A stretch of 62,978 bases of DNA, counting the filler. It is 7 parts of 7 records of this genome, joined end to end, with 100 filler letters (N's around TTAATTAATTAA, not from the genome) between each part and the next. Parts side by side here need not be neighbours in the genome. Positions count along the whole stretch, not along the records: positions 49,033 to 57,598 come from DRR723986_9451; positions 57,699 to 62,978 come from DRR723986_9466; 5 more parts are not named here. One strand, given 5' to 3'. The notes under the pieces are model-generated. The model saw nothing but the letters and a program-made list of their open reading frames with translations, searched no databases and had not been told where the DNA came from. Position 1 is the first letter of the stretch, and each line of letters begins with the position of its first letter. Below, piece by piece: positions 53,401 through 62,978 of the stretch. The position numbers and the translations under genes are program-made.

Positions 53401-55557
53401 GTGCTGCTGCGTTCTTTTCTTTTTGTTGTTCTGGCCTTTGCGGCGCTGATCTGCGCAGCGCAGGCCCAGGACACGCCGCCGCAACCGGCAGTTCTGATCG
53501 CCGATCAGGTCTATATCACCCGCGACCGTACCTTGGTGGCGCAGGGCAATGTCGAGGCGTTCCAAGGCACCACACAGATCCGTGCCAGCGCGATCCGCTA
53601 CAATCAGGACACCGGCGCGTTGACCCTTGAGGGGCCGATTGTCATCACCGATGGCGATGACAGCGTGATCCTTGCGGATGCAGGAGAGCTGAACAACCGC
53701 CTGCGGTCCGGCTTGTTGCTTTCGGCGCGGCTGATCCTGAACCAGCAGTTGCAACTGGCTGCACAGCAAATCAATCAGGTCGAGGGTCGCTATAGCCAGC
53801 TTTACAAAGCGTCCGTCACTTCTTGCCGGATTTGTCAGGATGGCCGCCCGCCCCTGTGGCAAATCCGCGCCCGCCGGATTGTCCATGACAAGGTGGAACA
53901 GCAGCTCTATTTCGACGAGGCACAGTTTCGCATTCTGAACGTACCAGTTTTGTACATTCCGCACCTGCGCCTGCCCGACCCAAACCTGAAACGGGCGACG
54001 GGCTTTCTGGTGCCATCCATCCGCACCACGTCGCAGCTTGGGACCGGGCTGAAGCTGCCGTATTTTATCAAGCTGGGCAATCACCGTGATCTGACGATCA
54101 CGCCCTACCTGTCCACCGCCACCCGCACAATTGAACTGCGCTACCGTCAGGCATTCAAGCGCGGGTATATTACCTTTGATGGCGCCCTGACCCGCGATGA
54201 CCAGCGTCCGGGCAAACTGCGGGGCTATCTGATCGGCTCCGGTGTTTTTGATCTTGAACGGGATTACAAGCTGACCTTTAGCGTGCAGGCGACCAGCGAT
54301 CGCAGCTATTTCTCCGAATACGGCTATTTTGACGGAGACCGTTTGTCCAGTGACATCACCCTCAGCAGGGTGCGGCGGGATGAGTACATTCGCGCAAGTG
54401 TCTACAACTTCGAAAGCCTGCGGGACGGTGATATCAACGACAACCTGCCCACCATCGTGCTGGACGGCGAATATGAAAAGCGCCTGTTTCCAAAGGCTTG
54501 GGGCGGCGAGCTGCGGCTAAGCCTGCGGGCGCACAGCCACAGGCGCAACTCGGACAGGGACACAGACGGGCCGGATGCGGACCTGATCGTCGATGGCCGA
54601 GATGTGGCGCGTTTGCATGGGCAGGCAGAATGGCTGCGCCGGTTCACCTATTCCTCCGGTATTGTGGCTGATCTGCGCATGGGGGCCAGCTTCAACATCT
54701 TTGACATCACGCAAGATCAGACCTTTCCGCAGAACCATTCCGAGGTTGTGCCGCACGCGGCGGTCTCGCTGCGCTACCCGATGGTACGACATGATGCAGG
54801 CGGCGTGACACAGATGCTGGAACCTGTGGCGCAACTGGCCTGGACCGGGGGCAACCGGCTGAACGTTCCAAACGACGAAAGCACGCGGGTGGAATTTGAC
54901 GAAGGCAACTTGTTGTCGCTGTCCCGCTTTCCCCGCCCCGACCGCCGCGAACGGAAGACGGTTGCCGCCATTGGCGTGAACTGGGCGCGGTTTGATCCGA
55001 CAGGCTGGAACGCCCATGTCAGCGTGGGTCAAGTGCTGCGCGGAGAGCCCGACACTGCCTTTTCCGCCACTTCGGGCTTGACCGGCACCACCTCAAGTTT
55101 CTTGGTTGCCGGACAGGTGAAAATGCCGGGCGGCTTTTCTATACTGGGCCGGAGCCTGATTGATGAAGACCTAGATTTCGCCAAAGCCGAGCTGCGCGGC
55201 ATTTGGGAATTCAAGCGCGGTTGGGTCTCGGGCAGTTATATCTGGCTTGATGCCGATCCGGCCGAAGACCGCGCCGATGCGGTGTCCGAGATTTTCCTCA
55301 AAGGGAACTACCAGATCAACAACCAATGGACCGCCCGTGCCGATTGGCGGTTCAACGTGGCGGATGACCGCGCCGCCACAGCAGGCGTTGGCCTGCAATA
55401 TGACAATGAATGTGTTACCGTCGATCTCTCGGTCTGGCGGAGCTATTCATCCTCAACTAGTGTTGAGCCTACCACCAATATCGGCTTTAACGTCGGCCTA
55501 CGGGGCTTTGCCGCGTCAACCGGAACAGAGAGATACCTGCGCTCATGTCGGAAATGA
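53401..55557 (+). CDS. lptD: LPS-assembly protein LptD
   Basis: OstA-like N-terminus, TSC..C...PLWQI, GFLVP, YDNEC beta-barrel end. Confidence 0.93.
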   Translation: MLLRSFLFVVLAFAALICAAQAQDTPPQPAVLIADQVYITRDRTLVAQGNVEAFQGTTQIRASAIRYNQDTGALTLEGPIVITDGDDSVILADAGELNNRLRSGLLLSARLILNQQLQLAAQQINQVEGRYSQLYKASVTSCRICQDGRPPLWQIRARRIVHDKVEQQLYFDEAQFRILNVPVLYIPHLRLPDPNLKRATGFLVPSIRTTSQLGTGLKLPYFIKLGNHRDLTITPYLSTATRTIELRYRQAFKRGYITFDGALTRDDQRPGKLRGYLIGSGVFDLERDYKLTFSVQATSDRSYFSEYGYFDGDRLSSDITLSRVRRDEYIRASVYNFESLRDGDINDNLPTIVLDGEYEKRLFPKAWGGELRLSLRAHSHRRNSDRDTDGPDADLIVDGRDVARLHGQAEWLRRFTYSSGIVADLRMGASFNIFDITQDQTFPQNHSEVVPHAAVSLRYPMVRHDAGGVTQMLEPVAQLAWTGGNRLNVPNDESTRVEFDEGNLLSLSRFPRPDRRERKTVAAIGVNWARFDPTGWNAHVSVGQVLRGEPDTAFSATSGLTGTTSSFLVAGQVKMPGGFSILGRSLIDEDLDFAKAELRGIWEFKRGWVSGSYIWLDADPAEDRADAVSEIFLKGNYQINNQWTARADWRFNVADDRAATAGVGLQYDNECVTVDLSVWRSYSSSTSVEPTTNIGFNVGLRGFAASTGTERYLRSCRK

Positions 55558-56783
55558 TCTTTACCACCCTTACCAAGGCGGCTCGGACGCTGTCGCTGAT
55601 GGCGGCTGTCACGCTTGGCGCACAAGCGGCCACTGCCCAGAACATGTTTGCGCCCGTTGTTCGGGTCGACAGCATGGTGGTCACAGAATTCGAAGTGCAA
55701 CAGCGCCAGCGGTTCCTGCAATTGCTCAACGCGCCGGGGTCTGACCGCGACAGCGTTGTTGAAGGTTTGATCGACGATCGCCTGCGCAACCGTGCTGCAA
55801 CCGACGTGGGGCTTGAACTGACCGAGGAAGGCACCCAAACCGGGCTCAGCGAATTTGCCGCCCGCGCCAATCTCACCACCGAAGAATTTACCAAGGCGCT
55901 TGAGCAATCCGGCGTCGCCCGCGAGACTTTCCGCGACTATGTCACCACATCGCTGATCTGGCGCGAACTGATCCGTGCGCGGTACCTCAATTCGGTAAAC
56001 ATCACCGAAGCCGAGATTGATCGCGCCATGGGCGCCAGCCGCGGCGGCAGCGGTCTGCGTGTGTTGGTTTCTGAGATCATCATCCCCGCGCCGCCGCCAC
56101 AGGCCGCGCGGGTCAATGCCTTGGCGGGCCAGATTTCGCAGTCCACCTCCGAGGCGGAGTTCTCCAGCTATGCGCGGAAATATTCCGCAACCGCCTCTCG
56201 CGGGGCGGGCGGGCGTCTGCCTTGGACACCGCTGTCCAAATTGCCGCCATCGCTGCAACCGCTGCTCCTGGCCCTTGCCCCCGGTGAGGTCACGTCGCCG
56301 CTGCCCATCCCCAATGCCGTGGCGCTGTTCCAGCTGCGGGCGATTGAGGAAACCGGCACCCCGACCCAAAGCTATTCTGCCATTGAATATGCCGCCTATT
56401 TCATCCCCGGAGGCCGGTCCGAGGCTGCATTGGCCGAGGCCGCGCGCATTCAGGGTAAGGTGGATGTCTGCGACGACCTTTATGGCATCGCCAAAGGCCA
56501 ACCTGCCGAGGTTCTGGCGCGCGAGACCAAGAAACCCGGTGAATTGCCCAAGGATTATGCCATCGAATTGTCCAAGCTGGATCCGGGTGAGACCTCCACG
56601 GCGTTGACCCGCGCGAACGGCCAGAACCTTGTGCTGTTGATGCTGTGCAAACGCACAGCTGAGGCAAATGCCGAGACTGACCGCGATGCGGTGCTGAGCG
56701 CCCTGCGCCAGCAAAAGCTGCAAGGCTATTCCAACCAGCTGTTGCAGCAATTGCGCGCCGAAGCCCGCATCATTTACAAATGA
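55545..56783 (+). CDS. surA: SurA-type peptidylprolyl isomerase/chaperone
   Basis: Signal peptide, SurA N-domain, parvulin-like ARKYS...GGRLPW; lptD-surA-pdxA order. Confidence 0.88.
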   Translation: MSEMIFTTLTKAARTLSLMAAVTLGAQAATAQNMFAPVVRVDSMVVTEFEVQQRQRFLQLLNAPGSDRDSVVEGLIDDRLRNRAATDVGLELTEEGTQTGLSEFAARANLTTEEFTKALEQSGVARETFRDYVTTSLIWRELIRARYLNSVNITEAEIDRAMGASRGGSGLRVLVSEIIIPAPPPQAARVNALAGQISQSTSEAEFSSYARKYSATASRGAGGRLPWTPLSKLPPSLQPLLLALAPGEVTSPLPIPNAVALFQLRAIEETGTPTQSYSAIEYAAYFIPGGRSEAALAEAARIQGKVDVCDDLYGIAKGQPAEVLARETKKPGELPKDYAIELSKLDPGETSTALTRANGQNLVLLMLCKRTAEANAETDRDAVLSALRQQKLQGYSNQLLQQLRAEARIIYK

Positions 56784-57598
56784 GCCCTGGCAGGCGGCCG
56801 GTTGTCCTGTCCTGTGGTGAACCCGCAGGCATAGGACCGGAAATCGCCGCATCGGCATGGGCCGCTTTGAAGGATGAGATCCCGCTGCTGTGGTTGGGTG
56901 ATCCGCGCCATCTGCCGCAAGGCACCGCCTATGAGGTGGTCGATGATGCGGCGCAAGCCGCCGCACTGTCGCCTTGCGCCTTGCCCGTACTGGCATATGA
57001 TTTTGGCGGCCTCTCCATCCCCGGACAACCCGATCCGACCCATGCACAGCATGTGATAGACGTGATCGCCGCCGGTGTTGGTTTGGTCCGCGGTGGACAA
57101 GCCGCTGCCCTGTGCACCGCGCCGATCCACAAGAAGGCGCTGTTGGACGGGGCAGATTTTGCCTATCCCGGCCACACAGAATACCTCGCCGCGCTTGGCG
57201 GAGTAACAGATGTGGTGATGATGCTGGCCTCTGACCAGTTGCGGGTGGTGCCTGCGACAATCCACATCGCGCTGGATCAGGTGGCAAGTGCCCTGACCCC
57301 CGAGAAACTCCGCCGCACCATCGAGATCACCCATGCGGGGCTGCGTGATATGTTCGGGATTGCCGCACCGCGCCTTGCTGTGGCGGGCCTGAACCCGCAC
57401 GCGGGCGAAGGCGGCGCCATGGGCCGGCAGGAAAGTGACTGGATCGCGCCCCTGCTGGACCAGATGCGCAGCGAGGGCTTTGATCTGGCAGGGCCACTGC
57501 CCGCCGATACGATGTTTCACGCCGCCGCCCGCGCCCGTTATCACGCGGCTGTGGCGATGTATCACGACCAGGCGCTGATCCCGATCAAGACGCTGGAC
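56780..57598 (+). CDS. pdxA: 4-hydroxythreonine-4-phosphate dehydrogenase, 3' truncated
   Basis: GEPAGIGPE, PGHTEYL, GLNPHAGE, MYHDQ motifs. Confidence 0.96.
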
Positions 57599-57698
57599 NN
57601 NNNNNNNNNNNNNNNNNNNNNNNNNNNNNNNNNNNNNNNNNNTTAATTAATTAANNNNNNNNNNNNNNNNNNNNNNNNNNNNNNNNNNNNNNNNNNNN
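57599..57698. other. Artificial contig spacer
   Basis: N-run with TTAATTAATTAA. Confidence 0.99.
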
Positions 57699-57834
57699 CC
57701 TCGGTGTTGGGCTCGCCCAGAAGGACGGCTTCGGCGGCGGTGCCTTTCACCTCGTTGAGATACCAGGCCCAGATGATGGGAGAGCCGGTTGAATCGGTGT
57801 CGGGGGATTTGTGGCCGAATACGAGGGTGGTCAT
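57699..57834 (-). CDS. ppaC: Mn-dependent inorganic pyrophosphatase (DHH family), N-terminal fragment
   Basis: MTTLVFGHKSPDTDS...LGEPNTE. Confidence 0.9.
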
Positions 57835-57925
57835 GGGGAGGGTTCCGTTCATCTTGAGTTTGCGCGCGTCATACAGAAGCGGCGCAGGATTGTCAGGTGG
57901 AAGTTGTGCCGCAGGACTGGCGGCG

Positions 57926-59239
57926 TCAGCTACGCGATCCTGTTCGATCCCTGAGGCGGTTCGCGATCCGGGCGGCCAGGCGCTTGAGGCCGATACCGGT
58001 GCGGAACTCGAACTCCTCGTAGTGGATATCGCGGGCGCTGACCCCGTGGCGCGCAAGACCCGACTGCAACGCCCGTCGCAGTCCGGCGGGGCCGCAGAAC
58101 CAGAGCTTCAGTGGGCCGTTTGCCGTTGCCGCGATCCGGTCGGCGGTCAGCCGGTCGCCCGTGTCGGAGGTGAGGATATGAACGGTCAGGTTGGATACGC
58201 GGTTCGCAGCAGCCTCGACCCGCTCGATCTGGGGCGCCTCCGCGCGGGAGCGGACGCACCAGAAGAGCGTGACCGGTTCGGGCAGCGTGTCGGGCAGCGC
58301 CTCGGCCCAGGCCAGGAACGGGGTGATGCCAATGCCCCCCGCGACCCAGATTTCCGCGGCCTTTGACGGCACGCGCCGTTGAAACCGCCCGAACGGTCCC
58401 TGAACGCGCAGTGGTGTGCCCGGCGTCAGATCCCGGCCCAATTGATGGGTGAAATCGCCAAGCGCCTTCACGGTGATCTGAAGTGATCCATCAGATGCCG
58501 AAGGGGCGGAGAGGGAAAACGGGTGCGGCTCGGTCAGGCCGCGCGCTGCGAAAGTGAAGACGGCGAACTGGCCGGGGGCAAAGCGCAGGGGGCGGCCGGT
58601 CGGGGTCATGGTGATCTCGGTCGCGCCGCCGGTGGATCGGACGTGACTGACCACATATTCAGCTGACCTGCGCAGGGCCAGCGGCAGCAGCGTGACCGCA
58701 TAGGCCAGCACGCCCAGGCCACAGATCGCACTGACATAAAGACCAAGCGGGGACGCATTGCTGAAGGGTTTGAGGATGAAAAGGTAGTGGATTGTCCCGG
58801 CGATGAAGAAGCCGCCCATGGCCTTATGGGTCCAACGCCACAGGTGGTAGGGGATGAAGGTGGCAATCGAGATCACCACCAGCACAAGCAGCCCGTAGAG
58901 GCTGAGCTCCCCCAGGGTTTCGGCGATTTCGGTCAGTGCGGTTTCCCGACCGATCCCGTCCATGTCGGCATCAATCGTGTCATGCAGCAGGATCGCGGTC
59001 ATCGCCACGATGCCAGACCATTTATGCAGCACATAGACCCTGTCCATAGGGCCCATCAGCGCTTCGACGCCCATGATCCGAGTGGCCATGATCTGCGCCC
59101 AGGCCATCAGGATCAGGGCGAGCGTGCCCAGATACTGGCTGAACAGCGCCACGGGGTCGGGGACATTGGGCAGCGTGGCAAACAGATAAGCGGGGATCAG
59201 GCAGGAGATGAAAATGATGACTAGCCCGGCGGCGCGCAT
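57926..59239 (-). CDS. Ferric reductase-like transmembrane flavocytochrome (TM heme domain plus FAD/NAD domain)
   Basis: Paired TM His (LHKW...LLHD; THK...IHY), EPHPFS, AGGIGITPF, CGP...EEF. Confidence 0.9.
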   Translation of the reverse strand: MRAAGLVIIFISCLIPAYLFATLPNVPDPVALFSQYLGTLALILMAWAQIMATRIMGVEALMGPMDRVYVLHKWSGIVAMTAILLHDTIDADMDGIGRETALTEIAETLGELSLYGLLVLVVISIATFIPYHLWRWTHKAMGGFFIAGTIHYLFILKPFSNASPLGLYVSAICGLGVLAYAVTLLPLALRRSAEYVVSHVRSTGGATEITMTPTGRPLRFAPGQFAVFTFAARGLTEPHPFSLSAPSASDGSLQITVKALGDFTHQLGRDLTPGTPLRVQGPFGRFQRRVPSKAAEIWVAGGIGITPFLAWAEALPDTLPEPVTLFWCVRSRAEAPQIERVEAAANRVSNLTVHILTSDTGDRLTADRIAATANGPLKLWFCGPAGLRRALQSGLARHGVSARDIHYEEFEFRTGIGLKRLAARIANRLRDRTGSRS

Positions 59240-59427
59240 TGCTGTGCCCTTTTGGTTCGCGGATCAGAATGTTGCGACGGGCTAGCGGCTTGGGCGCGGG
59301 CTGTCAGGACGCGATGCAACCCTGACGTGAATCGACCACAGAGTGGTGCCCGAATGCCACGTTCCGAGCGCGCGCCTTCGGGCGACGGCCCCGCGCGCAG
59401 AGGCACAGGGCGTGATCGGCTGCGGGG

Positions 59428-60900
59428 CTATTCGGCGGCGATCTGTCCCTCGTCCCCAAGTGCCGAGACCACCCGGTTGCGGCCCTGATCCTTGGCGCGA
59501 TACAGCGCCAAATCCGCGTGTTTCAGCATATCGGCCACATGTTCGCCGCAGGCCGGGTAGCTGGTGACGCCCGCCGAGGCGGTGATGCGGGGCAGTTTGC
59601 CATCGCCATAGGCCAGTTCCAACTCGCTCAGCGCCATGCGGAAGGTTTCCGCGATGTCCAGGGCGGCGGCGTGATCCAGACCGGGCAGCAGAGCCACGAA
59701 TTCCTCTCCACCCAGACGGCAGGGGGCGAGGGGCGGCGTGAACACCTCTCGCATCAGGGCACCCACTTCGCGCAGCACGATATCGCCCGCGTCGTGGCCG
59801 TGATGGTCGTTGAACTTCTTGAAGTGATCCACGTCGATGGAGATCAGTGACAGCGGGCTGCCCTGCCGCCGGGCGCGCCCGATCTCCTTGTGGGCGGCAT
59901 CGAGGAACCAGCGCCGGTTCCACAGGCTGGTCAGCGGATCGCGCACCGACTGGTCCATCAGTTCCTGACGAAGCTGCACATTGGCGACCGCAAGGCTGAT
60001 CTGTTCGGCGCAGAGCAGGCCCAGTTCCCACCGTTGTTGCAGGAAGGTTTCCACCATCTCGCGCGACATGATCGACCGGTCGAAGGCGGAAAAAGCCAGA
60101 TGCAGCAGGCCGATGGTTTCGCCATGCGCGATGATCGGCAGGCAGAAATAGGGGGTGTCTTCGCCGTCCACATGCGAACAGGGAAACTCGATGGCGCGGG
60201 TGCCGTAAGAATAGGCGCGGCCGCGGCGCAGGGCCCAGCAATCCTCGGCATCTATGTGCTTGTGGGGTTCGTGATCGCCCCAGCAGGTTTCCAGATCCAG
60301 CGTGTCGCGGGAATTGGAGTAGATATAGAGCTGCCCTTCGCTTTCGGGGATCAGCGTGTGCATGGATTTCTGCACGACCTTCAGCAGTTCTTCCAGCGAT
60401 TTGGCGGAATAGAGCCATTCGCTGACCTGGCTGAGCAGCTTTCGTTCATGTTGGCGCTGTTCTTCGTTGGCCATAACCTCGCGCGTCTTGTCCTCCATCT
60501 TGCGGCGTTTGGAGATGTCGCGGTTGATCGACATATGATGCGTGTGATTGCCGTCCTCGTCAAAGATCGGGGTCAGGGTCTTGTCGACCCAGATGGGGTC
60601 GCCGGAGGCGGAATAATGCAGGATATCAACGGTCAGCGTTTCGCGCCCTTCGATGGCGCGCAGCACCTTGTCGCGCGCGGCGGAGTCTGTTTCGGGGCCG
60701 TCCAGCAGGCCCCGCGCGGGCTGGCCGATGATGTTTTCCAGCCGGTGGCCGAACATCCGTTCAAAGCCGGTATTCACCCAGACAATGTCATTGGCCAGAT
60801 CCGTCACCAGCACAGCATCCAGGATATGGCGCAGCGTCAGTTCGGCATAGCGACTGTCGTCTTCGGACCGGTCGTCCGTTCTGGGGCGGGTCTTGGCCAA
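59428..60900 (-). CDS. PAS-GAF-GGDEF diguanylate cyclase
   Basis: PAS/PAC, GAF (CWALRRG), DPLTSLWNRR, DVDHFKKFND, RLGGEEF. Confidence 0.93.
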   Translation of the reverse strand: MAKTRPRTDDRSEDDSRYAELTLRHILDAVLVTDLANDIVWVNTGFERMFGHRLENIIGQPARGLLDGPETDSAARDKVLRAIEGRETLTVDILHYSASGDPIWVDKTLTPIFDEDGNHTHHMSINRDISKRRKMEDKTREVMANEEQRQHERKLLSQVSEWLYSAKSLEELLKVVQKSMHTLIPESEGQLYIYSNSRDTLDLETCWGDHEPHKHIDAEDCWALRRGRAYSYGTRAIEFPCSHVDGEDTPYFCLPIIAHGETIGLLHLAFSAFDRSIMSREMVETFLQQRWELGLLCAEQISLAVANVQLRQELMDQSVRDPLTSLWNRRWFLDAAHKEIGRARRQGSPLSLISIDVDHFKKFNDHHGHDAGDIVLREVGALMREVFTPPLAPCRLGGEEFVALLPGLDHAAALDIAETFRMALSELELAYGDGKLPRITASAGVTSYPACGEHVADMLKHADLALYRAKDQGRNRVVSALGDEGQIAAE

Positions 60901-61015
60901 GGTCGTATCCCGGTTGTGTCATCTCACGGATGGGATCGGATGCTAGGCAGGGAAAATGAACAAAATCCTGACGCGGGCGGTTTTTTCGGTCGCATTCGAC
61001 GAAAACCTGACACGA

Positions 61016-62326
61016 TCAGGCCCGCCGGTGCTGCCGCTCCGCCGCCTCTGCACCGCATCCCAGGCTGTGGTCGCGATAGCGTTGCAGGTGTTTTCGAAGC
61101 AGCAGGGGCCGGGCACGCTGTGTCATCGGGCGCAGCGTCAGGCCCGATAGCAGCAGCCGCAGAACCGGGTCCGTGCGAAGCGCCTGGGGGCCTGAGAAAA
61201 CACTTTCGGTCCAGACGCCCTCGGCCCGGATCAGGTGGTGCCGCTCGAACAGCAGATGCACATAGGTCAGCGCCCGGCAGGGCAGGGGCGCGGGATGCGC
61301 CTTGCCCAGTTCCTCGGCAATATGACGGGCGCGGATCAAGACCTCGCCCTTGCCGCCGGGGCGCGGATCATGGGCCAGAAAGGCGTGCTGAAGCGACACC
61401 AGCATGGGCCGCAGCGGCAGGCCGTTCCCGAAGCCGCCCGCGTCGATCCGGATCGGGCGAAGGGCGGGGTCGGCCAACTGCGCGGCAGCGGGGATGTGGC
61501 GGCGCAGGCTGGCGCGAAGCGGTTGCAGGCCCGCGTCGCGGGTGCGCACAAGGTCGCCGGGGCGCAGCGCCTCGACCGGGCGGGGGCCGGTGGCAGTATC
61601 GACCAGCGCCCCGGCGGTCAGGCAGATCGGCGGGCCATAGGGGTCTTCGGGCAGCAGCTCATCATCATTGGTCAGCACCCGGTCGAGAATGTCCTCTTCG
61701 TCGATGGAGCTGTTCCAGTGATAGGTGAAGTCCAGCGTCAGGCTGGCGCCGGGCACCCCGTCCAGCGTCATGACCCAGATCTTGGGATTGCCGGTGGGCG
61801 TCAGGATGATGTCTTCGGGCGCGGCGCCGCCGATATGGATGTGGTCGCTGTCAGGGCTGAAGCCGGTGGCGGTGTCATGGCCGCTGCCCGGCCCGAAGGC
61901 GATGGTGTCGTTGCCGCCCGAATAGCCGCCCATGGAAATCTGGTCGTCGCCCGCACCGCCATCGACCACATCGCCGCCAATGGCGTTGATGGTATCGTTG
62001 CCGGCCCCGCCGAACAGGGTGTCCGCCCCCCATCCCCCATCGAGGGAATCGTCCCCGTCACCGCCCGACAGCAGATCGTCGCCGCTGTCGCCTTCCAGCG
62101 TATCCGCGCCGTCGCCGCCCGACAGGCTGTCATGCCCGGATCCGCCTTCGAGCACATCGTTGCCGTCACCGCCCAGAAGCTCGTCCTGACCGGACGCGCC
62201 GATCAGCGTGTCGTTGCCCGCGCCGCCATCCAGCGTGTCGTGGCCTGACTTGCCATCAATGCTGTCATCCCCGGCGCTGCCGGTCAGGCTGTCGTCAATC
62301 CAGCTTCCGTTGATGGTGCTCGGCAT
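61016..62326 (-). CDS. RTX Ca-binding repeat protein with C-terminal Hint (BIL-type) domain
   Basis: Many GGxGxDxL nonapeptides, then ICLTAGALVDT...LRPGDLV...YVHLLFERH..I.AEGVWTES. Confidence 0.9.
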   Translation of the reverse strand: MPSTINGSWIDDSLTGSAGDDSIDGKSGHDTLDGGAGNDTLIGASGQDELLGGDGNDVLEGGSGHDSLSGGDGADTLEGDSGDDLLSGGDGDDSLDGGWGADTLFGGAGNDTINAIGGDVVDGGAGDDQISMGGYSGGNDTIAFGPGSGHDTATGFSPDSDHIHIGGAAPEDIILTPTGNPKIWVMTLDGVPGASLTLDFTYHWNSSIDEEDILDRVLTNDDELLPEDPYGPPICLTAGALVDTATGPRPVEALRPGDLVRTRDAGLQPLRASLRRHIPAAAQLADPALRPIRIDAGGFGNGLPLRPMLVSLQHAFLAHDPRPGGKGEVLIRARHIAEELGKAHPAPLPCRALTYVHLLFERHHLIRAEGVWTESVFSGPQALRTDPVLRLLLSGLTLRPMTQRARPLLLRKHLQRYRDHSLGCGAEAAERQHRRA

Positions 62327-62453
62327 CCGCTGCTCACGCCTTCCGACGTTCCCCGATCAGGTCGCCGAATATTCATTACCCCCCAACGATAGCACGAATA
62401 ATGCTTGCTGTTGAGTTAATCACGGGGCGCCGAATTTTTCTGGGACGCGCGTG

Positions 62454-62482
62454 TTGACTAGTCCCTGCGGTCTCCTTATCTA
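62454..62482 (+). promoter_or_regulatory. Putative RpoH-type promoter of groESL
   Basis: TTGAC ... CCTTATCTA, resembling the alphaproteobacterial heat-shock consensus TTG-N17/18-CYTATNT. Confidence 0.55.
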
Positions 62483-62489
62483 CGGCTCG

Positions 62490-62516
62490 TTATCACTCGC
62501 CCATGGTGAGTGATAA
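62490..62516 (+). promoter_or_regulatory. CIRCE-like operator (variant)
   Basis: TTATCACTC-N9-GAGTGATAA versus consensus TTAGCACTC-N9-GAGTGCTAA, upstream of groES. Confidence 0.85.
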
Positions 62517-62553
62517 CATGGGAGAAACAACGAACCTAAGGAGTGTTCGAGAG

Positions 62554-62841
62554 ATGGCATTCAAACCGCTGCATGACCGTGTGCTGGTGCGCCGCATCGA
62601 AGGCGACGAAAAGACCAAGGGCGGTCTGATCATCCCCGATAGCGCCAAAGAAAAACCGTCCGAAGGCGAAATCGTCGCCTGCGGTGAAGGCGCGCGCAAG
62701 GACTCGGGTGAGCTGATCGCAATGGCTGTGAAAGCTGGCGACCGCGTTCTGTTCGGCAAGTGGTCGGGCACCGAAGTATCGGTCGAGGGCGAAGAGCTCT
62801 TGATCATGAAAGAGTCGGACATTCTCGGCATCATCGCCTGA
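62554..62841 (+). CDS. groES: Co-chaperonin GroES
   Basis: [31 protein letters not shown]. Confidence 0.98.
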   Translation: MAFKPLHDRVLVRRIEGDEKTKGGLIIPDSAKEKPSEGEIVACGEGARKDSGELIAMAVKAGDRVLFGKWSGTEVSVEGEELLIMKESDILGIIA

Positions 62842-62891
62842 GCCGTCCCTTTTTCGACTGAAACCAAGACATTCCAAGGAAGGAGCCACCG

Positions 62892-62978
62892 ATGGCTGCT
62901 AAGGACGTCAAGTTCAACACCGATGCCCGCAACCGTATGCTTAAAGGCGTCAACATCCTCGCCGACGCGGTGAAGGTG
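62892..62978 (+). CDS. groEL: Chaperonin GroEL, N-terminal fragment
   Basis: [38 protein letters not shown]. Confidence 0.97.
   Translation, partial: MAAKDVKFNTDARNRMLKGVNILADAVKV

Noticed and set aside
55443-57287. 614-aa minus-strand ORF
   Set aside because: Antisense shadow of surA/pdxA in GC-rich DNA.
59890-61728. 612-aa plus-strand ORF
   Set aside because: Antisense shadow of the diguanylate cyclase and Hint genes; no motifs.

Overview
The window is not one locus. It is seven unrelated contig fragments joined by 100-nt N-spacers carrying a TTAATTAATTAA all-frame stop linker, so gene neighbourhoods must not be read across the gaps. Taxonomy is inferred from gene content. (1) 1-11433, Planctomycete-like: Cys-rich protein tail, Tat-exported Gfo/Idh/MocA and DUF1552 proteins, a 986-aa secreted orphan, a zinc-ribbon membrane protein, a stand-alone GyrB-type TOPRIM gene, an ECF sigma/anti-sigma unit and GTAG-type REP repeats. 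(2) 11534-17063, Rhodobacteraceae-like: ycjX-GNAT-ycjF, truA, gnd, monomeric icd. (3) 17164-23379, Gammaproteobacteria: infB-rbfA-truB-rpsO-pnp, acs. (4) 23480-32080 and (5) 32181-48932, FCB-group (Kapabacteria/Ignavibacteria-like, probably one genome since they share a palindromic repeat): hslO, T9SS cargo proteins, OmpA-family protein, UvrD, wzz/wza-like genes, suhB, alanine symporter, dapF, M20 hydrolase. (6) 49033-57598, Rhodobacteraceae-like: holC-pepA and lptF-lptG-lptD-surA-pdxA. (7) 57699-62978, Rhodobacteraceae-like: ppaC, ferric-reductase-like protein, diguanylate cyclase, RTX-Hint protein, groES-groEL with a variant CIRCE. Most content is housekeeping. The most unusual element is the ~227-aa ATPase-less GyrB TOPRIM gene, which keeps the metal-binding acidic residues but has substitutions at both quinolone-pocket positions. 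No CRISPR array, rRNA, tRNA or transposase was recognised.
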